A stretch of DNA of 59,351 nucleotides from an uncultured Eubacteriales bacterium (lineage in GTDB: Bacteria; Bacillota; Clostridia; Oscillospirales; QAKW01), in assembly GCA_902492505.1 (NCBI GenBank), contig CABULU010000004.1, positions 1 through 59,351 on the forward strand. The letters run 5' to 3'. Below, piece by piece: positions 31,638-40,998 of this stretch. Position 1 is the stretch's first letter, and each line of letters begins with the position of its first letter. The translations under genes and the position numbers were made by a program. The notes under the pieces are model-generated. The model worked only from the letters and a program-made list of their open reading frames with translations, had not been told where the DNA came from and did no database searches.

Positions 31638-32319
31638 TTAAAAGACAATATGGATACTCAGTATATTTTTATCATAATCTGCATATATTTTGCCGCCGCA
31701 CTGCTCGGTCAGGATTTTCGCAATAGAAAGACCCAAACCGGTTGATTTTGCGCCGTCTTGGAGCGTGAAAAAACGGTCAAACAGCCTGCCGACCACAACG
31801 GCGTTCATCGCCCCTGCATTGTTGGAAAAAATAATTTCACCGCTATCTTTAAGTACTATTTTCAAATCTCCGTCACTGTATTTAACGGCGTTTGAGAGCA
31901 CATTTTCAAAAATCCGCAAAAGCGCCGTGCGGCTGAGAGTGCGTATTACTGCAGTATCCGACATTTCAATTTTCGGCGTTATACCTCGCTTTTTAAATAC
32001 CGCATACAGCAGTCAGAGGCGTACGCAGGTCGTGAGAAATATTGGCAACCGCATCTTTCAGCTCTGCATCGCCGTGCATAAGCCGCCTACGCTCACGTCT
32101 AAGCATCTTAAGCTGTATATTTATGCTCTGTGCAAGTTGACACAAACACGAATCATATGGTGATACCGAAATAAGGGTATTTGTATCATTGCCCGGCTCC
32201 AATCTCTCGGAAAACTGCAAGCAAACGCTTGTTACCTCCCTGCGTATAAGTATAAGCTTACACGCGAAAAAAACGGAAGTAATTGCAAATATGGCACAAA
32301 GCAATGAAAGCCAGAGCAT
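31638..32319 (-). pseudogene. Sensor histidine kinase, disrupted (stop/frameshift and apparent internal deletion between HisKA and HATPase)
   Basis: ORF 31993-32319 has a TM plus the H-box NISHDLRTPLTAV and then a stop. ORF 31638-31964 has the N/G boxes (LSNAVKYS, STGLGLSIAK). The combined length is shorter than an intact kinase. Confidence 0.65.
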
Positions 32320-32343
32320 AAATTATCACCCCTTAATAATTTT

Positions 32344-32601
32344 CTATTTGATATCTTTTCTATAAAATACCGCTGCACCGCAAACGGCAAATATGAGCGT
32401 AACAATAAACGAAAACAGCGACAGTCTCAAAGGGTTCGACATCTCCGCCATGCCTGAAATCTGCGACGCCTGACCTGTCGGAAGGAAATCAAAAACCGTC
32501 TCATATACTGCTCTGATTTTGCCGCTTATATAGCGCGGATTATCTATCCGCTCACTCTCCATAAGTCCGCCATCGGTACTGTATACTTTCCTATGCCGCA
32601 C
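32344..32601 (-). pseudogene. Probable 3' fragment of an ABC-2-type permease gene, truncated at the element junction
   Basis: The 85-aa ORF ends in one TM helix and sits immediately upstream of the kinase, as in peptide-sensing ABC/TCS modules. No plausible N-terminal part exists. Confidence 0.35.
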
Positions 32602-32720
32602 ATTTTACAAGCACTTATTTAACCTCACAAAACCCTTGAAAAGCCCTTATTTCAAGCGGTTTTACCAGATTGTCTTCCCCATATTATAATCTATCATCAC
32701 TCACAATAATTTATTATTTT

Positions 32721-32750
32721 TTAGATTTTGGGGTACAAAATGGGTACAAG
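32721..32750 (+). repeat. Left copy of the terminal direct repeat (TTAGATTTTGGGGTACAAAATGGGTACAAG)
   Basis: Matches 59222-59251 at 27 of 30 positions in the same orientation. Confidence 0.8.
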
Positions 32751-32876
32751 CGTTTCGGGATAAATTTACCCGTATTCTTCTATGAGTGATAATAAGTGAA
32801 TCGAAATTATAGAGCGTTGTCTTAGGTAGACGGAAGTGCAACGCTCTCATCTTAAACAAAGATTGGAGAACCAACA

Positions 32877-33605
32877 TTGAGTAAAATTATATCAATTATA
32901 TCATGCAAAGGCGGTGTTGGCAAAACCACATCTGCCGTCAATATTAGCTCATACATTCATACTCAAGGCAAGCGAGTTCTTTCCGTAGATTTGGATTATC
33001 AACATAATCTTTCGAAACATTTTGGCATTTTTCCTGGACATCTTAAAGACAAGCCCACTGTATATGATTTGTTCAATGCAGCAATAGATGATTGTCCTGA
33101 CGATGAAATGAATGAATTCGTACATAATGCTATTGTAACATCAACTACCGTTGATGTTCTCCCCTCAACAGCGAAACTATCTCTGCTCGATAAGGTGCTC
33201 CCCACTGCAACCTGCAGAGAGTTCATATTAAAAGGCATCTTGAAGCATATCGAAAACGAGTATGATTATATCTTCATTGATTGCCATCCCGGATGCGACT
33301 TATTGGCAATTAATGCATTAGCGGTATCCGATAGTGTGATTATCCCTGTAGAAGCGCATCCGCTGGGGCTTGAAGGTCTTGATCAAGTTGAGAAGCTTAT
33401 TGTAACAGTTCAGCGACACCTTAACCCCGACTTAAAGGTTGATGGAATCTTGCTTACCAAGTTCCAAAACAATACCAACTGCTGCCGCAATATCCGCGAT
33501 GTTGTAAAAGACGGATACGGAAATCGAATGCATATATTTGATGAACATATCAAATATTCCATCGGCGTTGCAGAGGCACCGGAGTTTGGTCTTTCCAATG
33601 GATGA
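32877..33605 (+). CDS. parA: ParA-family partition ATPase (C-terminus replaced at a deletion junction)
   Basis: Deviant Walker A SCKGGVGKTT. TTG start. Homology seems to end near 33590, where a T4CP-like frame takes over. Confidence 0.78.
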   Translation: MSKIISIISCKGGVGKTTSAVNISSYIHTQGKRVLSVDLDYQHNLSKHFGIFPGHLKDKPTVYDLFNAAIDDCPDDEMNEFVHNAIVTSTTVDVLPSTAKLSLLDKVLPTATCREFILKGILKHIENEYDYIFIDCHPGCDLLAINALAVSDSVIIPVEAHPLGLEGLDQVEKLIVTVQRHLNPDLKVDGILLTKFQNNTNCCRNIRDVVKDGYGNRMHIFDEHIKYSIGVAEAPEFGLSNG

Positions 33606-34299
33606 GTTCTGTAATATCAGCCTATTAGACAACAAAAAGATATTCTCGGTAGCACGTTCCCGTAACATCAATATTCAAGCAGCCATACAGAGTATCGCAC
33701 AGATCGCCAACAGATACCCCAAAAACGAATGGCAGGAAATCATCGGCGACTGCGACTATCAGTTATTCCTCGGTTGCAACGACATGATGACCGCTGAACA
33801 TATCAGCGACCAATGCGGTGAGATTACAGTTCGTATAAACAATTCAATGGTGCCTATGACACCTTTGTTTTCTCCCGTTCTGCACACTACACGGCCGTAC
33901 ACCCATAATAAGACCAGCACAGGCAGACCTTTAATGATGCCTGATGAAGTGCGGCGCTTACCCAAAGACCAAGCAATACTTTTAATACGCGGTTCCAAAC
34001 CACTTAAACTCAGCAAGATTACACCGGAAGAGCATCCGTCCTTTGAAAAGCTGAAACCCTGCAAGGCAATTGACTATGAACCCCTATGGCAAAAACAAGA
34101 GAAACAGAAGCCTAAAAGTGCAACGGGTGCACAAAGTCATAAGGTGCCTGAATATCAGGTGAAGATACCCATTGAACCTGAAGACGATACTGCAGATGAA
34201 GTTCAGCTTGACGAACAGGACAAAGCACCGGACAAAAAGATTTCTTATCAAAACGCTGAAAATTATAACTACAAAAAAGAAACACCTAAAAATATTTAG
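33589..34299 (+). pseudogene. C-terminal fragment of a VirD4/TraG-type type IV coupling protein
   Basis: Begins at the Walker-B-like VFPMDEF, then ...SRNINIQAAIQSIAQIANRYP..WQEIIGDCDYQLFLGCND. The N-terminal TM and Walker A part are absent. Confidence 0.65.
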
Positions 34300-34330
34300 A
34301 ACAAAATTTGAAAGAAATGGATAATCAAAA

Positions 34331-35479
34331 ATGATAGAACGAACATATCGTGTGAGTGATGTTGTCAATGAAGAATTTTTGCGTTTTCCATTAACGTTGC
34401 TCGCCAACCCTAAGTATCGAGAAATGTCCCTTGAAGCAAAGTTTATCTATTCGCTTCTACTAAACAGATTAACGCTGTCGCGAAAAAATAATTGGATCAA
34501 TGAAGACAACGAGGTATATCTCATATACACAAGAGAGGATGCTGCCAATACACTCAACATTACATACCGCAAAGCCATCTCCGCTTTTAAGGAGTTGATA
34601 GAGGTTGGACTGTTATATGAGCAACGTCAAGGCAGAGGATTTCCTAACCTTCTGTATGTGCTGAAGGCAGAACTTGCCGATGAAGATGCCCTCGAATTCG
34701 GAGAACAGTTTGACAAATCTGATGATGAAAACAACGAAAAAGAGCCCGCAAACCCAGTAAATATGCAGACATGCAGTTTTCGCATATCAAGAACTGCAGA
34801 ATCTGCATATCAAGAACTGCAAAATCCGCATATCAAGAACTGCAATAATGGCATATCAAGAACTGCGGGATCTGCACATCAAGATATGCCGAATTTGCAC
34901 CCAAAAAAGATTGATAATAAAAAGACTGAAAATATTTATATTGAGAATAGTCAGTCTGTCAATCAGTCTCATGGAAACTTTAGTGGTATAGGTGTGCCGA
35001 AAATGACGGACGGACAGACCGACGATGAAGAAATAATACAACAAATTCTTGATAATTGTGAGCTTCATTTGTTCAGCGATAACGTTCGTCAGATGTTGAC
35101 ACATGCAGTCGAGCGCTTGTATTATTCCGAAAGTCTTAAAATCGGCAACGCAAGATTACCGCAGACAAAGGTGCGAAGTTATCTGAATTTACTTGATTGC
35201 GATACGCTTATGACAACGGTTGAGTCGATGAAAGCCAACGAAGGTCGCATTGTCAATCCGATGGCGTACATAATGTCAACCATCATCAATACCATTTGCG
35301 AAAAAGAAAGCGATTTGATACTTAGCCTACCGGCTCAATACGTGAGCCAAGAAGAACTGTATGCACCTGCTGATTACAGCACTTATGCAGAGAAAGGAGA
35401 CGATGAAGATGGTAACTTTTACGAGAGTGGACCAACAGGTGATTTTGGATTTACTAAATCTGTTCGGAGCAGTACGTGA
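34331..35479 (+). CDS. Replication initiator protein, RepA_N family
   Basis: FLRFPLTLLANPKYREMSLEAKFIYSLLLNRLTLSRKNNWINEDNEVYLIYTRED...GLLYEQRQGRGFPNLLYV is the characteristic RepA_N N-terminal domain. Confidence 0.78.
   Translation: MIERTYRVSDVVNEEFLRFPLTLLANPKYREMSLEAKFIYSLLLNRLTLSRKNNWINEDNEVYLIYTREDAANTLNITYRKAISAFKELIEVGLLYEQRQGRGFPNLLYVLKAELADEDALEFGEQFDKSDDENNEKEPANPVNMQTCSFRISRTAESAYQELQNPHIKNCNNGISRTAGSAHQDMPNLHPKKIDNKKTENIYIENSQSVNQSHGNFSGIGVPKMTDGQTDDEEIIQQILDNCELHLFSDNVRQMLTHAVERLYYSESLKIGNARLPQTKVRSYLNLLDCDTLMTTVESMKANEGRIVNPMAYIMSTIINTICEKESDLILSLPAQYVSQEELYAPADYSTYAEKGDDEDGNFYESGPTGDFGFTKSVRSST
34782..34890 (+). repeat. Five tandem 23-bp iteron-like repeats (core GCATATCAAGAACTGCA) inside the rep gene
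   Basis: Copies start at 34782, 34805, 34828, 34851 and 34874 (the last is degenerate). The period of 23 bp is not a multiple of 3. Confidence 0.85.
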
Positions 35480-35942
35480 AGACCAGGCTGAAGCGATCCT
35501 CAAAATGAAATATCCGAACGCTACCTTAGAGCGAACGATATACCCACTCATAACCGGCAGAAAGATTAAGAGAAGCAACGGGTATCTCTTTTCTCGCAGC
35601 GGCAAGCTGGATGAAAAGATTATTGAGGCTATCGACATAATGCTGCTGCTCGGACCGGACATAACACAGCCCTTGCAAAGAAACAAAGAAATCTTTGCTT
35701 TGACCTTTTACAAAAATCGGGAGGAAAAACTTTGGCGGTATGATATTTGCCCTGTGGCATACGGAACTGAAGCAGTTGTATCCGGCCAGCTTGAAGGCGA
35801 AAACGCCAAATACCGTATGTTTGTTTTTGTGCCCGAAAAAGAAGAACAAATGCAAGGCATTCGAGTGGCCTGCGAACACTGTTATGTTCTCAAGAACAAC
35901 GGTGAATACGAATTTTATCTTTACTCGAAGGAAGGAGAATAA
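35403..35942 (+). CDS. Hypothetical element-associated protein
   Basis: AAAGGAGA RBS before the ATG at 35403. Co-directional with rep. Confidence 0.5.
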   Translation: MKMVTFTRVDQQVILDLLNLFGAVREDQAEAILKMKYPNATLERTIYPLITGRKIKRSNGYLFSRSGKLDEKIIEAIDIMLLLGPDITQPLQRNKEIFALTFYKNREEKLWRYDICPVAYGTEAVVSGQLEGENAKYRMFVFVPEKEEQMQGIRVACEHCYVLKNNGEYEFYLYSKEGE

Positions 35943-35944
35943 AA

Positions 35945-36820
35945 ATGGATTTCAGAGATCTTGACTTAACTGAGCTTGACAAGGATTTATCCGAAGAACA
36001 GCAAAAGGAATGGAATGCGATATATGCATCCTGGCGTGCAGGCTCTATACTTACGGGAAGAGTGGTCGGTGTGGATACCACTACCATAACACTTCCCAAC
36101 AAAGAAACCGGAAAACCTGAGCGTGTTGCCATCAACTGTCTTGTTGTTATCAGCTATCGTGTAAAGGTTCTTATTCCCGAACAGCAAGTATGGTTTGATG
36201 AAAATACAACTCGCCCTGAACACGTTCTTCGTTCTATGACCGGCGCTATGATTGATTATGTCATTACCGGCATAGACCGTGAAAGTGATTGTTGTACCGC
36301 ATCCCGCCGTAGCGCAATGTATGTCCGCCGAAAAGGGTTTACAAAGCTTACCCCAAGAGTCGGTAAAAAAGTACCCGTAAATGTGCTTGCGGTTGGCTCA
36401 TCCCATCTTCTTGCAACCTGCGGCGGTTACGATATGACACTCTCCCAAAGAGATTTGTCCTACGGTATGCTCGGTGATCTACGCGGCAAGTATCATCCCG
36501 GCGAAACGCTTACCGCTATTCTCAAGGTATATGACGAAGAAAATCAAGCGATTCAGGTTTCTGTAAAAGAAGCAGAGCCGCATCCCTTTAATGGTGTTGA
36601 GATACGCTATCCGCTGAACTGCCGACGTGCATCTGTTATATCCGGCAAATACAAAGGCGGCGTGTTCTGTAAGCTGGAGGAAAACCTTGACTGCCTGTGC
36701 ACTTATTCAATGTATCAAAATGACGAGGATTTTGATGTTGGCGACCAGGTGATCGTGGTAATCACAAAGTACGACTATGAGCGTAAACTAGTGTACGGAA
36801 AAATCGTAGCGAAGTGGTAA
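35945..36820 (+). CDS. S1 RNA-binding-domain-like protein
   Basis: Two OB/S1-like segments (GSILTGRVVGV..., VISGKYKGGVFCKLEENLDCLC...VGDQVIVVITKYD). Confidence 0.55.
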   Translation: MDFRDLDLTELDKDLSEEQQKEWNAIYASWRAGSILTGRVVGVDTTTITLPNKETGKPERVAINCLVVISYRVKVLIPEQQVWFDENTTRPEHVLRSMTGAMIDYVITGIDRESDCCTASRRSAMYVRRKGFTKLTPRVGKKVPVNVLAVGSSHLLATCGGYDMTLSQRDLSYGMLGDLRGKYHPGETLTAILKVYDEENQAIQVSVKEAEPHPFNGVEIRYPLNCRRASVISGKYKGGVFCKLEENLDCLCTYSMYQNDEDFDVGDQVIVVITKYDYERKLVYGKIVAKW

Positions 36821-37368
36821 GAAATATGAAATATAAGTGAGCGTATAATTGCATATATAGATCATTTTGTGGTGCTATTTTATCTAAATTGTAAAAAACT
36901 ATTCTCTAACTTCACTGAATTATTTTGAGTATATGGTAAAATGGTATTTATTAAATTTAATAAGCATTAAAGAATACACAGATTAATTTATAGATGATAA
37001 CAACTAGAAAGTATAAAGAAACTACCCCCATTTAAGCTATCTAAAAAAAGCTATTAGCAGATTATGTCAGTGCTCATTTAGGAGTAGTTTCTATACTTTG
37101 CTATTTTATAACTTCTAAAACTTCTAATTCAACCGTGGGGTATGGTTATAGAAAAATTCATAGATAAACATAAATAAAATTCCCCTCAACATAGTAAATA
37201 ATAAAAAACAAAAGCAAATTATAAAAAGAATTTATGATGAAATAAACAATAAGATTTCGTAACAAAGTTCCCAAAAGATAAATTGTATCTTCCATTTTTG
37301 ATGATGTGCGGTTGCTAAACGAAATTAATACGAAGATTTCAGTTAATTATAGTTAATAAATGCAGAAC

Positions 37369-39177
37369 TTAATCTGTATAATATGCTGCTTGTGCACTCC
37401 ACAACTCACTATATTTACCATTGATGTCTCCAAGGAGTTTGCTATGGTTTCCTCTTTGAATAAGTTGTCCATTGTCAAAAACTAGAATATCATCGCAAAA
37501 ACGGCATGACGATAGGCGATGACTGATATAGATGGCTGTCTTATCTTTTACTATCGCATTAAAATTAGTGTATACATCATATTCTGCAATAGGATCGAGG
37601 GCGGATGTTGGTTCATCAAGAATAATGAATGGTGAATTTTTGTAAATTGCACGAGCTAATGCGATTTTTTGGGCTTCACCTCCTGAAACTTCTACACCAG
37701 CTACATCAAAGTCTTTATACAAATAAGTTTTCAGACCATTAGGCATTTTCGAAAGACGCTCTGTAAATCCTGATTGTTCAAGTGCATTTGAAACCTTGTC
37801 TACATCATAATCTGCATCAGCAGCAATATTTTCCCCTAGTGAAAACGAGAAAAGTTTGAAGTCTTGAAATACAACCGAGAAAAGAGACAAATATTCATAG
37901 TAGTTATATTCCTTTATATTTAGTCCGTTGAGCAAAATCTCCCCTTCTGTGGGATCGTATAAACGACACAACAGTTTAATAAATGTCGTTTTTCCAGAAC
38001 CATTTATGCCCACAATCGCAAGGCGTTTACCAGTTCTAAACTTTATATTAATATTATGCAAAGCATAATTTTTTGCCCCGGGATATTTAAACGAAACATT
38101 TTTGAATTCTATGTCATACTCTGTCATATTATTTTTTATAGAAATCGATCCTTGACACATTTTCTGTGGAATATCAAAATATGCGAGATAATCCTTAATA
38201 AATGGAGTGTTATACTTTATATCTGCAAACACATTAAAATAACTTGTAATACATCCAATTAAAGTCTCCACAAATCCCACATATTTTATAATGCTTCCTA
38301 TACCAAACACACCGATTATAGCATAAGTGCAAACGAAAATGTAAACAACCGCTTGCAAAAATATACCTGTAATTAACAGAGGAATATTGATAACATAATT
38401 TTTAGTAGCCATCATACGAAAAGCCTTTTTATGAAGATCAAAATTCTTATATTTGATTTTCATAATCAGCCTATCTTGATGATATAAACGGATATCTTTA
38501 CCCATGTTGTAGCAATCGATAGCCTCGTCTATACGGTTTTCATCTATCATAGTTTGAGAAACCTGTTGTGATAATGCTCCTATTTTCTTTTTAGTTTTAA
38601 ACGAATAAAAAACAGAAAAAATAATAAGGCTTACGATTAAGCACATAAATAATGCAATAAAATTTTTCTTCCCTGATGCAAATATTAATATAAACATTTC
38701 AACTCCGAGAATAAGTGCTAATACAGAGCTAATCGTAATATTTATTAACCTTTCAACTGATATTAATAATAATTTTTTTCCATGATTATTAATCTTTGCT
38801 GATTCGTTTATTTTTCTACGAAGTTGGCGAACTTTGGTGTTTTCAAGGTCTTCATAATCGAGCGTCAATGTTTTCTTGTTATAATAAGCCGCTTCGCGTT
38901 GGTTAAGTAGAACTTTTTTGTGTTCAAAAACACGCTTAAGAATACCGCTGATAATGGCAATAATAAAGTTTCCAAGTACTGTTATTAGTACAAGAATTAC
39001 CAGGTTATCTTTATTCCTTGTTTTGACGATTTCATTTATTATTTCGGCAGATAGATAAAGATTGAAATAAGGAGATACCTTTTCAAAAAATGATTTTAAA
39101 ATCAAAAATAAAAAATAAGACGGACAGAAGGAGTGAAGCAATTTTAAAGCTCGGATATTAGGATTGTTTTTACACAT
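37369..39177 (-). CDS. ABC exporter half-transporter (TMD-NBD), partner 2
   Basis: Walker A GINGSGKTT, signature VSGGEAQK, Walker B FIILDEPTS. The start at 39177 overlaps the upstream stop by 8 nt. Confidence 0.85.
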   Translation of the reverse strand: MCKNNPNIRALKLLHSFCPSYFLFLILKSFFEKVSPYFNLYLSAEIINEIVKTRNKDNLVILVLITVLGNFIIAIISGILKRVFEHKKVLLNQREAAYYNKKTLTLDYEDLENTKVRQLRRKINESAKINNHGKKLLLISVERLINITISSVLALILGVEMFILIFASGKKNFIALFMCLIVSLIIFSVFYSFKTKKKIGALSQQVSQTMIDENRIDEAIDCYNMGKDIRLYHQDRLIMKIKYKNFDLHKKAFRMMATKNYVINIPLLITGIFLQAVVYIFVCTYAIIGVFGIGSIIKYVGFVETLIGCITSYFNVFADIKYNTPFIKDYLAYFDIPQKMCQGSISIKNNMTEYDIEFKNVSFKYPGAKNYALHNINIKFRTGKRLAIVGINGSGKTTFIKLLCRLYDPTEGEILLNGLNIKEYNYYEYLSLFSVVFQDFKLFSFSLGENIAADADYDVDKVSNALEQSGFTERLSKMPNGLKTYLYKDFDVAGVEVSGGEAQKIALARAIYKNSPFIILDEPTSALDPIAEYDVYTNFNAIVKDKTAIYISHRLSSCRFCDDILVFDNGQLIQRGNHSKLLGDINGKYSELWSAQAAYYTD

Positions 39178-40975
39178 TTTTTGTCTTTTCCTTATAGTAA
39201 CGACTTTGCAGTTCAAACATATGAAAATACTTTCCACCTTGTTTCATTAGTTCATTGTGAGAACCACATTCTACAATTTCACCGTTTTCCATATATACAA
39301 TTCTATCACAAAAACGTGTAGAAGCAAGTCGGTGAGAAATATAAATTGAAGTTTTATCTTTTGTAAGTTCGTTGTATTTCATATAAAGCTGATTCTCTGC
39401 TATCGGATCGAGTGACGCAGTTGGTTCATCAAGTACAAAAACCGGTGCATCTTTATAAAGTGCGCGGGCAAGCATCAATTTTTGAGTTTCTCCGCCTGAC
39501 ATTTCGATGGAATCATCAAAAACCCCCTTCATAAGTCTTGAGTCAATACCATTTGGTAAGGCTTTCACTTTATCCAATAGTCCAGCCTGTCGAAGCGCTC
39601 TCATCACCTTATCCAGGTCAATTTGCTTTTCAGATGACGAAACAAATTCTGCTATTGTGACAGGAAGCAGATAGATATCTTGAAATACAACAGAAAAAAG
39701 AGAGTAATACTCTTCAATGTTATAGTCAACGATAGGGTGTCTGTTTAATTTGATTTCACCATCAGACGGATAATACAAACCACATATTAATTTCACGAGG
39801 GTTGTTTTCCCAGCACCGTTTTCGCCGACTATGGCGAGTTTTTCTCCTTTATTTATTGATAAATTAATATTTTTTAGTGCATACTTTTCCCCATCATTCG
39901 TATAATATTTAAAAGATATATTATTTAGTTCAATATCTACAGGAAGTTCTTGGATTGTTGGAAGAGAACAACCTTTTCCATGATTGTATTTCTCTTTGAT
40001 TTCAAAATATTCTCTGTAATAGTTTATTTTGATGCTCTTGTGAACGATATCATTCACTCTATTCCCAATACCATTCAACCAAGAGGAAAATCCAGTTACT
40101 ACTCCAAAATAGAACACAAAATCACCAGCGCTAATCTCGTTATTAAATATCATTGAAATTAGTACCGCATATGCTACTCCGTTTCGTATCAACGTCAAGA
40201 ATGCATTCATACAGGTTCCTATGAGAGTATGTGCACTAACTTTTTTTGTCCACTCAAAACGTTCATTTTGAAATTCTGTTAACATATTTGAAAACCAATC
40301 AATCATATTGAAAACACGAATATCTTTTGCATGATTGAATTTCTGAGAAAAGCCCTGCAAATATCTAATCTTGCGGTCTATTGATACCCAATTATCCTTG
40401 TTTTTCTCAATATAATTTCTCTGCCACTGAGTAATTAAATAAGAAACAAAAGCTGATAAAAAAAGCAACATCAAAATCCAATGCGAAATGAATGTGATAA
40501 TTAATCCATATGTAAGGATACCAAATAAACTGATAAAAAGTTCTAATAACGATTGCCAAATAAACTCCGGGGCACATTGTCCCGAACAAGCGTCATTAAT
40601 TGCATGTTGATATTTTATAAGTAATGCTGGATTATCAACATTTGAAAAATCTGTGCGCATATATTTTTCGTTAATCGCATTTTGGTAAAGAATCGAAAGT
40701 GAGTATCGTCTCATTTGCAGTCTATTATTGCAGAAACTATTAGCCAAAGTAACTATTAAAAGTGCACCAAAATAAATACTATTGATTAGCACAATATTCT
40801 CAATGCTCTGTTTCGATTCAATAGAATCAATTAGTAATTTAGGATAATAGGTATTTGCTATGGGCATAAGTACCGCAAGGAGAATTGTAGGAATAAAAAA
40901 TAGGTAAAATGTTTTATCCCATTTCCAAATATTTTTTAAAGCATACCCTATGTTTTTAATAACATTCTTTTTCAT
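39170..40975 (-). CDS. ABC exporter half-transporter (TMD-NBD), partner 1
   Basis: Walker A GENGAGKTT, signature MSGGETQK, Walker B VFVLDEPTA. There is no N-terminal C39 peptidase domain. Confidence 0.85.
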   Translation of the reverse strand: MKKNVIKNIGYALKNIWKWDKTFYLFFIPTILLAVLMPIANTYYPKLLIDSIESKQSIENIVLINSIYFGALLIVTLANSFCNNRLQMRRYSLSILYQNAINEKYMRTDFSNVDNPALLIKYQHAINDACSGQCAPEFIWQSLLELFISLFGILTYGLIITFISHWILMLLFLSAFVSYLITQWQRNYIEKNKDNWVSIDRKIRYLQGFSQKFNHAKDIRVFNMIDWFSNMLTEFQNERFEWTKKVSAHTLIGTCMNAFLTLIRNGVAYAVLISMIFNNEISAGDFVFYFGVVTGFSSWLNGIGNRVNDIVHKSIKINYYREYFEIKEKYNHGKGCSLPTIQELPVDIELNNISFKYYTNDGEKYALKNINLSINKGEKLAIVGENGAGKTTLVKLICGLYYPSDGEIKLNRHPIVDYNIEEYYSLFSVVFQDIYLLPVTIAEFVSSSEKQIDLDKVMRALRQAGLLDKVKALPNGIDSRLMKGVFDDSIEMSGGETQKLMLARALYKDAPVFVLDEPTASLDPIAENQLYMKYNELTKDKTSIYISHRLASTRFCDRIVYMENGEIVECGSHNELMKQGGKYFHMFELQSRYYKEKTKNV

Positions 40976-40998
40976 TTTTCATTTAATTCCCATAAGAG

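Noticed and set aside
32602-32876. tRNA or tmRNA gene as the integration target at the element's left end (also checked 59252-59351)
   Set aside because: I could not recognise a cloverleaf or a conserved T-loop (GTTCGAATC-like) sequence at either flank. The insertion seems instead to abut a broken permease gene.
14183-34890. CRISPR array candidates (the 18-bp and 23-bp tandem repeats)
   Set aside because: The repeats are contiguous without unique spacers and lie inside coding sequences, and no cas genes are present.
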